The notes under the pieces are model-generated. The model was not told the DNA's origin, did no database searches, and worked only from the letters and a program-made list of their open reading frames with translations. Position numbers and translations under genes: made by a program. 64,000 nucleotides of DNA from an uncultured delta proteobacterium (GTDB lineage Bacteria > Desulfobacterota > Binatia > UBA9968): NCBI GenBank assembly GCA_963804165.1, contig CAWDPO010000045.1, forward strand, positions 160,001 through 224,000, given 5' to 3'. Below, in pieces: positions 22,266 to 31,385 of the stretch (positions are counted from its first letter, which is position 1; each line of letters opens with the position of its first letter).

Positions 22266-23210
22266 GTGAACAGCACGATACTGCGACTGCTTCTACCCGC
22301 GGTTCTACTCTGTGGCACGGCTCAAGCCGCGGAGCTGCGAAGCATTACGCTAGGACTGGTCTCACCAAACATAAGCACTCAATTGCCCGTTGTCGTGGCA
22401 CAGCAAGCGGGCTACTTCAAAGACGAAGGGCTCAACGTTCACAGCGTCACCATCGCCAGCGGTGGAACTTTAATGGTTGCGATTCTTACTAGCGGCCACG
22501 CGGATCTGGTTGTCTCCGGAGTTGCCGCGATCATCCGCGCCATTGACCGCGGCGCGCCGGTTACGGTCGTCTCCGGTTTCCAAAACAAGATCGATTTCGC
22601 GTTGATCGGTTCCAAGCGAGTCGCGCGGCTCGAAGACCTACGAGGTAAAACCATCGGCATCACAAGCGCGGGTAGCTTTTCCGAGTTCGCCGTCCTCGAA
22701 GCCATGAAACGGCGCGGCTTCGTCAGGGACAAAGACTACAAACTGCTCGCCGCTGGCAGCACCTACTTGCGCATCGGCGCGCTCAAGGGCGGCAAGGTAG
22801 ACGCCATCCCGCTAAGCTCGGGCGAACGCCATACGCTGGAAGACGAAGGCTATCCAGTGCTGTTGGAAGTCGGCAAAGTCGTTCCGGAAATTCCTTTCGC
22901 CGTGACCGTCGCCGCTAAGGCATTCACCGCGAAAGAGCCGGATCTCGTCGTGCGCTTCATTCGAGCGCTCGGAAAATCGATGCAGTTGATAAAGAACGAC
23001 AAAGACAAGGCGATTCAATTAGCACTTACCGGAAAGCTGAAAGGCACCGCTGATACCCAGCGTCGAGCGCTGGACTATTTCGCCCAGGACCTTGACGTAA
23101 ATATCGAAAGAGAAAATGTCGCCGCCTTACTTTTCGCCCTGGGAATCAAAGGCGAGGCGGAGCGCTTTTTCGATCGCTCCTACTTATCCCGCGCAATGGC
23201 AAAGCCATAG
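22266..23210 (+). CDS. NMT1/TauA-type solute-binding protein
   Basis: Signal peptide, GYFKDEGL, DLRGKTIGI and ALKGGKVDA. Confidence 0.9.
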   Translation: MNSTILRLLLPAVLLCGTAQAAELRSITLGLVSPNISTQLPVVVAQQAGYFKDEGLNVHSVTIASGGTLMVAILTSGHADLVVSGVAAIIRAIDRGAPVTVVSGFQNKIDFALIGSKRVARLEDLRGKTIGITSAGSFSEFAVLEAMKRRGFVRDKDYKLLAAGSTYLRIGALKGGKVDAIPLSSGERHTLEDEGYPVLLEVGKVVPEIPFAVTVAAKAFTAKEPDLVVRFIRALGKSMQLIKNDKDKAIQLALTGKLKGTADTQRRALDYFAQDLDVNIERENVAALLFALGIKGEAERFFDRSYLSRAMAKP

Positions 23211-23238
23211 GCTCACGAAGAAATCATCCGCTCATTCT

Positions 23239-24966
23239 TCAAGCCGTAATATTTCCGCCGGAAATAAACGTTCCAATGCGATTGCCGCGCGTGATCGGCA
23301 GAAGCAGATGCGAAGGATGATCGGTGTCGTGATAGACCGTTACACGCGAGCTCGCTTGCCGTGCCACGTGACCGGACGCGATGCCGTGCAGATGATGCGT
23401 CGGCGCGTCACCATCGTGACCGGAGATGCGGATTGCCAACCGATAGCCGGGACGGAGACGGATGCCGTACGGACGAATCTCGATGTTGAATTCGTAAATC
23501 TCATTGGGCAGGAGCGGCTCGCGCTGCTCGTGTGTGTGATACGGCGCCCAAGGCTTCGAGCGATTCGGATCGATGCGCCGCTGCGAGCCTCTGAGCCAAC
23601 CGCGCGTCAACAAACGCTCCGTTCCCTGCGGATCGACTTCGAGCAATTGCACGAACCACAGCACTTCGTTGTCGGTTGTTGACCCGTAAAGCACCAGCGC
23701 CATGGGACCGCAGACGTCAGTCGCTTCGACCATCGCGGGCGTTTGAAACAGCGCGCTGCCGCGCTCGTAGGGCGAATCGATATAGACAGTCGGCGATTCG
23801 TTGGCCCAAAACTCGTGCTCGGAAAGAAGACCATGCTCATGCAGATAGAACGGCGTCCAGCGCGTCTGTGGCAGCGGCCATTCGTTCGCCTCAATCCATT
23901 CGCCCTCGCCACCGTCGAGAAACACATGCACCCGCGGCTCATTCATAATTTCGGTGTCGTTGCCTTTGAGCCACAGATCGAACCAGCGCAGTGATTCGTA
24001 ATGATACTGAAACACCGGCCGGTCGAGATAAATCGGTGGACCGACCGTGAATTTTTTTGGCCCTTGCCATCGTTCCCACGAGCGCATGTCGCCGGCGAGA
24101 TGTATGCCGTACACGCCCCAACAGCTGCCAAGATAAGCTGGAATCTTTAGCTCGCCTTGCGTCGCTGCATGCCATTCTTGCCAGAACTCCGAATACTGCG
24201 GAAACAACAGCGGCTCGACGATCCACGCGTTACGTCCTTTGTCCGGGTCGCGCAGCGCATCCACGAGTGCGGGAATCGCCGCGACGTCGGGATCGCTCAA
24301 CGCGGCCTGTACCCGGCGCCGGTATTCTTCTTCGCCAAGTCTTTCTTTCATGCGGTTTTTAAAGCGCAGATTGGCGAGCTTGGGAATCCAGCGAGTACGA
24401 AAATTGTGATGCAAGATGCCGCCGTGATAATCGAGATCGCGGTATAAATCCGTAAGACCGTACATGGCAAAAACGCATTTCAAAGAGGGCGGATTGAGCG
24501 CGGCAACGCGCTTCTGCACCATGGTGAAATACGACGGGCCGAACATGCCGACGTTGCCGTTGCACCACGGCTGCTCGGCAAGCCATTCAATGGCATCGTA
24601 AATATCCTGAATTTCTTGACGGCCGAGAAAGTCGTAGTAACCTTCGGATTTGCCGGTGCCGCGCACATTGAGAATCACATGCACATAACCGCGCGAGACA
24701 TAAAAATTCGGATCGCCCGCTTCCATGTGGCCGCGAATGCCGCCGGCGCCGACCGGCATCACCGGCGCAACCTGATCGTCGAGGGAATAAGCGCACACTC
24801 CAAGAATGACGGGAAATTTTCCGTCGGCATCGGGCCGGTAGAGATAACTGTTGAGCTTGGTGCCGTCAGACGTCGGAATTGAAAAATCTCGTTCCTCGCG
24901 TACATGATATTTTCGCTCTGAAGTTTTCCAGGTTTGCGTCAGCATGGGCTTCGATATATCGAACAA
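23239..24966 (-). CDS. CocE/NonD family serine hydrolase
   Basis: NVRGTGKSEG, WCNGNVGMFGPSY nucleophile elbow, and C-terminal jelly-roll LTRGWLRGS. Confidence 0.92.
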   Translation of the reverse strand: MFDISKPMLTQTWKTSERKYHVREERDFSIPTSDGTKLNSYLYRPDADGKFPVILGVCAYSLDDQVAPVMPVGAGGIRGHMEAGDPNFYVSRGYVHVILNVRGTGKSEGYYDFLGRQEIQDIYDAIEWLAEQPWCNGNVGMFGPSYFTMVQKRVAALNPPSLKCVFAMYGLTDLYRDLDYHGGILHHNFRTRWIPKLANLRFKNRMKERLGEEEYRRRVQAALSDPDVAAIPALVDALRDPDKGRNAWIVEPLLFPQYSEFWQEWHAATQGELKIPAYLGSCWGVYGIHLAGDMRSWERWQGPKKFTVGPPIYLDRPVFQYHYESLRWFDLWLKGNDTEIMNEPRVHVFLDGGEGEWIEANEWPLPQTRWTPFYLHEHGLLSEHEFWANESPTVYIDSPYERGSALFQTPAMVEATDVCGPMALVLYGSTTDNEVLWFVQLLEVDPQGTERLLTRGWLRGSQRRIDPNRSKPWAPYHTHEQREPLLPNEIYEFNIEIRPYGIRLRPGYRLAIRISGHDGDAPTHHLHGIASGHVARQASSRVTVYHDTDHPSHLLLPITRGNRIGTFISGGNITA

Positions 24967-24991
24967 ATGACGGCTCTGTCAATTTTGCGAC

Positions 24992-25022
24992 TTGACGAAT
25001 GTCGCCGGTGGACATTTATAAC
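24992..25022 (+). promoter_or_regulatory. Sigma-70 promoter with a 19-bp dyad-containing spacer (MerR-like geometry)
   Basis: TTGACG-AATGTCgccggtgGACATT-TATAAC. Confidence 0.45.
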
Positions 25023-25061
25023 CGCCTGGCGTATGGGAGTTGAGACGAAGGTATTCGCCCT

Positions 25062-25742
25062 ATGGATCTCGAACAAATTAAGCAAGACATCGTCAGGGCC
25101 AGCCATATTTTGCACCAGCAGGGCATCGCCGCGGCGTTCGGCCACGTGAGCGGACGCATCCCCGGCACCGACAAGTTTATCTTTCCGCCGCGAATGAGTC
25201 CGGCGCTGGTGCGCATGGATAATTTGCTCGAGCTTGACGTGGAAGGCAACCAGCTCTCCGGCGACGGCAGACCGAATACCGAATTTTGGATTCACGCGCG
25301 CATCTATAAAGCGCGTCCCGACGTTCAGTCGGTCTGTCATGTACATCCGCCAAGCTGCGTTGTGCTCGGCTCCCTCGGCGAAACCATTCGGCCGCTGCAC
25401 GCTTCCGGCGCGGTTTTCAAGAATAACGTCCAGGTTTTTGATGCGGTAACGCTGATTCGTACGCGCGAGCTCGGCGATCAGGTGGCAAAAACCCTCGGGC
25501 TCCATGGCGCGATGCTGCTGCGCGGCCACGGCGTCAACGTCGCTGACAAAGACGTCCGCCGCGTTTGCGTGATGACTCTGTGGATGGAAGAAGCGGCAAA
25601 TTATCAATTGCGCGCCATGTCGGCGGGGAAGCCGCGTTACTTCACTCCGGCAGAGCTCAAAGTTATTTACGCCCAGGTCTCCGGCGAAGAAGTGTCCAAC
25701 CGGGCCTGGGAATATTTCAGTAGTCGAGCGGCACGGTCATAA
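25062..25742 (+). CDS. Class II aldolase/adducin family protein
   Basis: Motifs GHVSGR, EFWIHARIY, HVHP and LLRGHG. Confidence 0.93.
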   Translation: MDLEQIKQDIVRASHILHQQGIAAAFGHVSGRIPGTDKFIFPPRMSPALVRMDNLLELDVEGNQLSGDGRPNTEFWIHARIYKARPDVQSVCHVHPPSCVVLGSLGETIRPLHASGAVFKNNVQVFDAVTLIRTRELGDQVAKTLGLHGAMLLRGHGVNVADKDVRRVCVMTLWMEEAANYQLRAMSAGKPRYFTPAELKVIYAQVSGEEVSNRAWEYFSSRAARS

Positions 25743-25781
25743 AGCCCGCACAACGTCTCCGCGCGCTCGCAAAGGGAGGAT

Positions 25782-26465
25782 ATGGCGATGAATCACACGG
25801 AGCTTCGTCAGGCGGTGATCGATGGCGCGAACATGCTCGTTCGCACCGGCGCGATTTCGCTGAGCCATCACGGCAATTTTAGCGTGCGCGTACCAAACAC
25901 CGACACGATTCTGTTGACGGCCACCAGTTCGTTCGACAATTTGAAACCGGAAAATCTCGCGCTCCTCGATCTCGACGGTAAGTTGCTCGAAGGCGAGATC
26001 AACCCGACCAACGCCGAGATTGTGCACATGCACGCGATCGTTTACAAAGAACGGCCCGACACCGGCGCAGTCGTGCACACCCACTCGACTTATGCGACGA
26101 GTTTTGCTTTGGCGAGTCGTTCGCTCGGTTGTTCTTACGAAGCGCTGGTGCGCTCGGATATGACCGATGGCATTCCGCTCGCGAAGTACGGCCCGCGCGG
26201 CTCTACCGAGTCGGTGACAAATATCGCCAACGCCTTGAGCGTTGCGAGAAACACCAAGGCCGTGCTGTTGGAAAATCATGGCGTGTTGGCGTTCGGCGCC
26301 AATCCGGCCGCGGCGGCGCGCGCCAATCTGATCGTCGAAGAAGCCGCCCAGATGGCCATCTTCGCCGAAGTGCTCGGCGGCGCGAAAAATATTCCGCCGG
26401 AACTGCTCAAAGCCACGGTCGGCCGGAGAGACGAATATGCCCGCGCTGGCACGCAACGGGTGTAG
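25782..26465 (+). CDS. Class II aldolase/adducin family protein
   Basis: Motifs GNFSVR, MHAIVY, VHTHS and LLENHG. Confidence 0.93.
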   Translation: MAMNHTELRQAVIDGANMLVRTGAISLSHHGNFSVRVPNTDTILLTATSSFDNLKPENLALLDLDGKLLEGEINPTNAEIVHMHAIVYKERPDTGAVVHTHSTYATSFALASRSLGCSYEALVRSDMTDGIPLAKYGPRGSTESVTNIANALSVARNTKAVLLENHGVLAFGANPAAAARANLIVEEAAQMAIFAEVLGGAKNIPPELLKATVGRRDEYARAGTQRV

Positions 26466-26501
26466 TATCACTGTGATCTTGGCGTCTAGGTACGTTGAAT
26501 T

Positions 26502-26524
26502 GTAGGGGCGACCGGCGGTCGCCC
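26502..26524 (+). repeat. GTAG-type REP
   Basis: GTAG-GGGCGACC-GGC-GGTCGCCC. Confidence 0.8.
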
Positions 26525-26562
26525 GTGGAAATGTGAAATCCAATCCGAAAGGAAGAAAACAA

Positions 26563-27426
26563 ATGGAATCAACAGCAGTAGAAAAACGTAAAGCGCTCCG
26601 AAGGATGCTCGGTGAACCGACCTGTCATATCGCGCCGAGCTGCAATGACGGTATTCAAGCTCGGCTGGTCGAATGGCTCGGCTTTCCCCTCGTGCATATT
26701 TCCGGTAGCGGGCAGCATCGCGCGCTCGGCTTCGCCGATGCCGGGTTGCTCACGCTCACGGAGATGATCAACAAAGCGCGCGAGATCGTCGACGCAGTCA
26801 ATATTCCCATCGTCAGCGACTGCGAAACGGGCTATGGCAACGCCGTAAACGTAACGCGAAGCGTCCGCGAATTCGAAAAAGCCGGCGTCGCCGCGCTGCA
26901 CATCGAAGATCAGATGACGCCAAAGCGCGCCGGCCACGAGGGTTTCGACGTCGGTCTGGTTTCGCGTGAGGAATTTGTCAATAAGATCAAAGCCACCCTC
27001 GACACGCGGCGCGACGAGAACTTGATCATCATCGCGCGCTCGGAGGCCAAAGACTCCCTGCAGGAACGCATCGACCGTGTCTCAGCGTGCTGTGAAGCCG
27101 GCGCCGACGCCGTTTGGCTGAGCGCCCGCACCGAGGACGAGATCAAAGCTTTTGCCAAGATCGGCAAACCGATGGTCGGTGTGCCGCCACGCCAGCTCAT
27201 GCCTCTTTCACGCTGGGGCGAGCTCGGCGGCCGTGTCGGCTGCATTCCCACCGTCTTGCAAGTCGCCGCATTGCACGGCATGCGCCAATGTTTGGAAGAA
27301 CTAAAAAAGAACGGCACGGAAGCAGCTTATTTCAAGCAAACCCCAGGCATCGAAGACACGCGCAAGTGGTACGCCAACATGGGCAACGAGGAGCTCAAGG
27401 CGTTGGAAAAAAAGTATGGTTATTGA
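26563..27426 (+). CDS. Isocitrate lyase/PEP mutase family protein (PrpB-like, KRAGH loop)
   Basis: Motifs DAGLLT, DCETGYG, HIEDQ, KRAGH and IIARSE. Confidence 0.9.
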   Translation: MESTAVEKRKALRRMLGEPTCHIAPSCNDGIQARLVEWLGFPLVHISGSGQHRALGFADAGLLTLTEMINKAREIVDAVNIPIVSDCETGYGNAVNVTRSVREFEKAGVAALHIEDQMTPKRAGHEGFDVGLVSREEFVNKIKATLDTRRDENLIIIARSEAKDSLQERIDRVSACCEAGADAVWLSARTEDEIKAFAKIGKPMVGVPPRQLMPLSRWGELGGRVGCIPTVLQVAALHGMRQCLEELKKNGTEAAYFKQTPGIEDTRKWYANMGNEELKALEKKYGY

Positions 27427-27429
27427 AGC

Positions 27430-27458
27430 GTAGGGGCGGGTTTGAAACCCGCCCCTAC
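27430..27458. repeat. Fully palindromic GTAG...CTAC REP
   Basis: GTAGGGGCGGGTTT-G-AAACCCGCCCCTAC. Confidence 0.9.
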
Positions 27459-27477
27459 GAATGAATCCGCAACCGCC

Positions 27478-28557
27478 ATGAAATTTGCCCACTTCTCCCA
27501 CGTCTGGAATAAGCCCGGTATGACCGCGGCCATGCGCTACGATCAACTTTGGCGTGAGCTGGCGCTCGCGGACGAATCGGGTTTCGACTTCGGTTTCTGC
27601 GTCGAGCATCACTTCAATCCGAACGAAAGCTGGATGCCGTCTCCGTCGATCTACTGCGCGGTGGCGGCCGCGCGCACGCACCGGCTGCGCATCGGCACGA
27701 TGGGCAACGTCGTGCCGCTCTACGACCCCCTGCGCATAGCCGAAGACGCAGCGGTTTTGGACAACGTCGCCAACGGCCGTTTCGAGCTCGGCTTGGTTTC
27801 GGGAATCGTGCCGGACTTCTTCGGTCCCTACGGCGCTGACTTCCAAACCCGACGCGCGCTCACCCACGAAGCGCTGCTATTCATCAAGCAAGCACTCTCG
27901 AGCGACGGCGCGTTCAGCTTCACCGGTGAATCGCGCCGGTATCAAGACGTCACACTCGGCGTAAAACCGCTGCAGAAACCCCATCCGCCGATCTGGATTC
28001 ACTCGCGCGACGCCGACACGCTGGCGCTACTCGCGCGCGAAGGCGCGCACACCGGTTATCTTTTCTTGGTGCCGCGCAGCGACGTCGCGCCGCGCTATCG
28101 CGAATATTTGCGGCTATGGATTGACGCGCACCATGCCGGCAAACCAAACATCGGCTATTGGGTATTGGTCTATGTTGACGAAACCGACGCCAAAGCCGTG
28201 GCGAAAGCGAAACCCTACTTCGAATACTGTTTCACCAAAGTTTTCGGCACCAGAGCTGACGGTGGAATCGGCTATCTCAGACTCGCGGAAAACCACGCCA
28301 AACGCGGCAATCCCGGCGGCGCCGAGATCGCGCGCCATGCGATCGACGTTAACTATCTGCGTGAACGTAACTTAGCCTTTGTCGGCTCGCCGCAAACCGT
28401 CATCGAACAAATCAAATCTGCCGCCAGCGAAGGCGTGTTCAATACCGTCATGGGCGAGTTCAACATCGGGGAGATCGCCGAAGAGGACTTGATGCGCTCG
28501 ATCAAGCTTTTCGGGACAGAGGTCATTCCAGCTTTGCGCCGGTTCGAACCCTATTGA
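27478..28557 (+). CDS. LLM-class flavin-dependent oxidoreductase
   Basis: Motifs VEHHF, YDPLRIAEDAAVLD..GRFELG and PLQKPHPPIW. Confidence 0.93.
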   Translation: MKFAHFSHVWNKPGMTAAMRYDQLWRELALADESGFDFGFCVEHHFNPNESWMPSPSIYCAVAAARTHRLRIGTMGNVVPLYDPLRIAEDAAVLDNVANGRFELGLVSGIVPDFFGPYGADFQTRRALTHEALLFIKQALSSDGAFSFTGESRRYQDVTLGVKPLQKPHPPIWIHSRDADTLALLAREGAHTGYLFLVPRSDVAPRYREYLRLWIDAHHAGKPNIGYWVLVYVDETDAKAVAKAKPYFEYCFTKVFGTRADGGIGYLRLAENHAKRGNPGGAEIARHAIDVNYLRERNLAFVGSPQTVIEQIKSAASEGVFNTVMGEFNIGEIAEEDLMRSIKLFGTEVIPALRRFEPY

Positions 28558-28627
28558 CGGTCTCCATGGTCCCTCGGACAATGTTGCAGCGCAACAGGAG
28601 AAAAAATACTCCAATTCCCGTCACGTA

Positions 28628-29041
28628 TTAAGGTCGATAGATCTCCGACTCCGGTGGTATTTCCATCAGCTCGATGCTGTTGCCGTCGGGATCGGAGATA
28701 AACGCGATGCGCTGCTTGGCGCGGCCGATAAACTTTCTTTCCGGCTTCACGTTCATCTTGGCCAGATGATCGAGCGCTTGTTCCAGGTCATCAATCACCA
28801 GGCAAAAGTGAATGTAGCCGATCGGGTCAGGCGGTGACGGCAACATATTCTTGCCGCCCGGGAAAAGCTCGACGCATTGCCCTTTGGCGAATTCTAAAAA
28901 CATCAGCTCGGGCCGGCCCCCGCTTGGCTCCACCCGATAAATTACTTTCGCGCCGAACGCGTCGCCATACCAGCGAATACTGCGCTCGACATCAGCAACT
29001 TTGAAAGCCACATGGCCAAAACGCACGCCGTCTATGGACAT
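28628..29041 (-). CDS. VOC/glyoxalase family protein
   Basis: Motifs HVAFKVAD, VELF, HFCLVIDD and DPDGNSIEL. Confidence 0.92.
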   Translation of the reverse strand: MSIDGVRFGHVAFKVADVERSIRWYGDAFGAKVIYRVEPSGGRPELMFLEFAKGQCVELFPGGKNMLPSPPDPIGYIHFCLVIDDLEQALDHLAKMNVKPERKFIGRAKQRIAFISDPDGNSIELMEIPPESEIYRP

Positions 29042-29162
29042 AATAAGCTCCTTTACGTTTCGCGGGATAATAGGATGACCGGGACCGAACTTGCAATCGA
29101 TGGGACGGCAGAGCCGCGGAAAACAAAATACTTCGCGAGATTCAAAGCAAGACGCGCCCTGG

Positions 29163-30201
29163 TTATTTCGAAATCTTGAGCGAATAAAAATCGATACAGT
29201 TGTCGCGCAAGATCAGTTTTTTATTTTCGTCTGAAAGATCCTTTCTCGTCCGAAAGCGGGGAATGTCCGCCAGGAACTCTTCGAGCGTCGGTCGCTCATG
29301 CGGGTAGTCCGATGGATACATGATCTTTTTTCTAGCCCGAGGCCAATCACGTATGGAAGTATTTTTTCTTCCAGCTCACAGGAAAAATAAACGGGATGAT
29401 TCTTGACGTAATAGCTTGGTTCCTTCGAAAGGAGCGGCGCCTGCTGCGGCAGCTTTTCGTATTTCTCGTCCAGCCTCTCTATTAAATACGGCACCCAGCC
29501 GACACCGGCTTCGAGAAACGCCATTTTCAATGCGGGAAAGCGCACCGGCGCGCCATCGAGCAGATAGCTCGTGAAGTGAATCTGCTGCGCAACCGCGTGC
29601 TCCATCACAAGAATCTTCACGAACGAATCGTAAAGATCGAGACCAAGTCCCGCGCTGGAGCCGCCATGCACCGCTAAGGGTACATTCAGACGTACCGCAG
29701 TTTGGTAAAGCGGATCGTACATCTCATGGCCGAGCCCTCTCGATAAACCAGCCGCGGGGATAACGCCACCAACCATTTTTAAATCCGTGACGCAACGTTC
29801 CAATTCTTCCGCCGCCGCCGTAATATCTTGAATGGGCAACAGCGCGACACCCCAAAGTCGCTGCGGTTCGTTTGCAAATATTCGCCGTAAAGATAATCGT
29901 TGTAGCAACGCGCCATCACGGCTGCCCATTTTACGTCTTTAATATGCGCCATCGCCAAACCCATCGTTGGATAGAGCACCGATCCGGCGACGCCCGAACC
30001 ATCCAAAAAAGTCCGCCACTTTTGCAAACAAGACGTGTTGTCGGGCGCCTTGCGCGTGCTGCGCGGCCAGCCGTCCAAGGATGGGAACAGCGCAGTCAGC
30101 GCTCGCCGCCCTTCAAACGGCGGCGCCAGGTACTTTCGTAACTCGTCGTCGGTTTCCATCACATGTCCATCGGCATCGATGGGCGCATAGTCGGCGATCA
30201 T
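29163..30201 (-). CDS. Amidohydrolase family protein with two 1-nt deletions in A runs (~29875 and ~29328)
   Basis: IDADGH, VLYPT, AVHG and FLEAG; the third frame gives MYPSDYPH...ILRDNCIDFYSL and a stop at 29163. Confidence 0.88.
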
Positions 30202-30213
30202 CCTAACTTCCTT

Positions 30214-31188
30214 TCACTTGCCCCAGAGCGATTTATAGAATCCCTCGTTGATCAGCTCTTGCACCAAGCTATTGTCGTAAAATCGTTCGGCGGTGAATTC
30301 TCTCGCCTGCGGGTTCTTCACGGCTTCCTGATCGAGCACGACCTGCACGCCCTCGCGTTTCACCAACGGAATTTTTTCGGTGAAATCGTGGGCGTATTTT
30401 AGGCTTCCGTCGAGCATCCCAGGGTCATCGATCTTCGCATATTTCGTCAGAATCTTTTTCGTCTCGTCTCTCTGCTGAAACATGAAGTGAGTGGCTCGGC
30501 CGAACGCGCGGAGAAACGTCCTGGCGTCGCTGCGCTGCTCACGCAAAAACCGCCGCGTCGTCGTCAGCCCGGCGATGACGAAATAGATGCCTTCGTTGGC
30601 CAGATTGGCGATGATTTTATTTCCCTTTTGTTCGGCGACATGAGAACTGGGGGATGATAGCGGCGCCGCGCTGATCGAGCCGTTGTTCAATGCCGCGGCC
30701 AGCTCAGGCATGCCGCCGACCTGGACGATGTTGACGTCCCGGTTAGGTTGCAGTTTGTTTCTTTGCAGATACTCGCGTATCGCAAAGTCGGAAGACGAAC
30801 CCAATCGCGTGACGCCGATTTTTTTGCCCTTTAAGTCCTGAACGGTGGCTATTTCCGGCCGGGTCATGATGTAGAACGCCGCCGCGTTCATGACCGCGCC
30901 CATGAGAACCAGATCACCCCCTTGAAGTGTGCTGTTCACCACACTGCCGCTGTTGACCGTCGAGATCGCGACCTGGCGTGCGAACATCGCCTGCGCCATC
31001 GTCGTGGAGCTGGCAATATAAACCTGTTGAGCGTCGAGCCCTTCCTTCTTATAAAATCCCGCTTCCTTGCCGATCCAAAACGGCAAGAAGACTGAGCTCA
31101 CTGCCGAGTAGCCGATGACGAGCGGTTCCGGATGCGCAACACGCACCAGCGCCAGTGAGAAAACTACACATGCAAAAATAATCTTCAT
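30214..31188 (-). CDS. NMT1/TauA-type solute-binding protein
   Basis: Signal peptide, GFYKKEGL, DLKGKKIGVTRLGS and FYDNSLVQEL. Confidence 0.92.
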   Translation of the reverse strand: MKIIFACVVFSLALVRVAHPEPLVIGYSAVSSVFLPFWIGKEAGFYKKEGLDAQQVYIASSTTMAQAMFARQVAISTVNSGSVVNSTLQGGDLVLMGAVMNAAAFYIMTRPEIATVQDLKGKKIGVTRLGSSSDFAIREYLQRNKLQPNRDVNIVQVGGMPELAAALNNGSISAAPLSSPSSHVAEQKGNKIIANLANEGIYFVIAGLTTTRRFLREQRSDARTFLRAFGRATHFMFQQRDETKKILTKYAKIDDPGMLDGSLKYAHDFTEKIPLVKREGVQVVLDQEAVKNPQAREFTAERFYDNSLVQELINEGFYKSLWGK

Positions 31189-31227
31189 AACGGAACCGCG
31201 ATAAACCGATGTCGTTATTTCGAGCGT

Positions 31228-31360
31228 CAGACTGTGTGAAAACTCTCTCGGAGCCCTTCGACGGTGCTCAGGGCGAACGGATAAGTACTCAATTTCTAGT
31301 GAGACCACACCGTTCGTGGTGAGCCTAGTCGAACCATGAACGGTGTCTTCACACAATCTG
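31228..31360. mobile_element. ~133-bp MITE-like element containing an inverted REP pair
   Basis: TIR CAGACTGTGTGAA / TTCACACAATCTG (1 mismatch). Internal CCCTTCGACGGTGCTCAGGGCGAACGG ... CCGTTCGTGGTGAGCCTAGTCGAACC. No clean TSD. Confidence 0.65.
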
Positions 31361-31385
31361 GCACGAGGAGAAATCCTTTCCCGTC

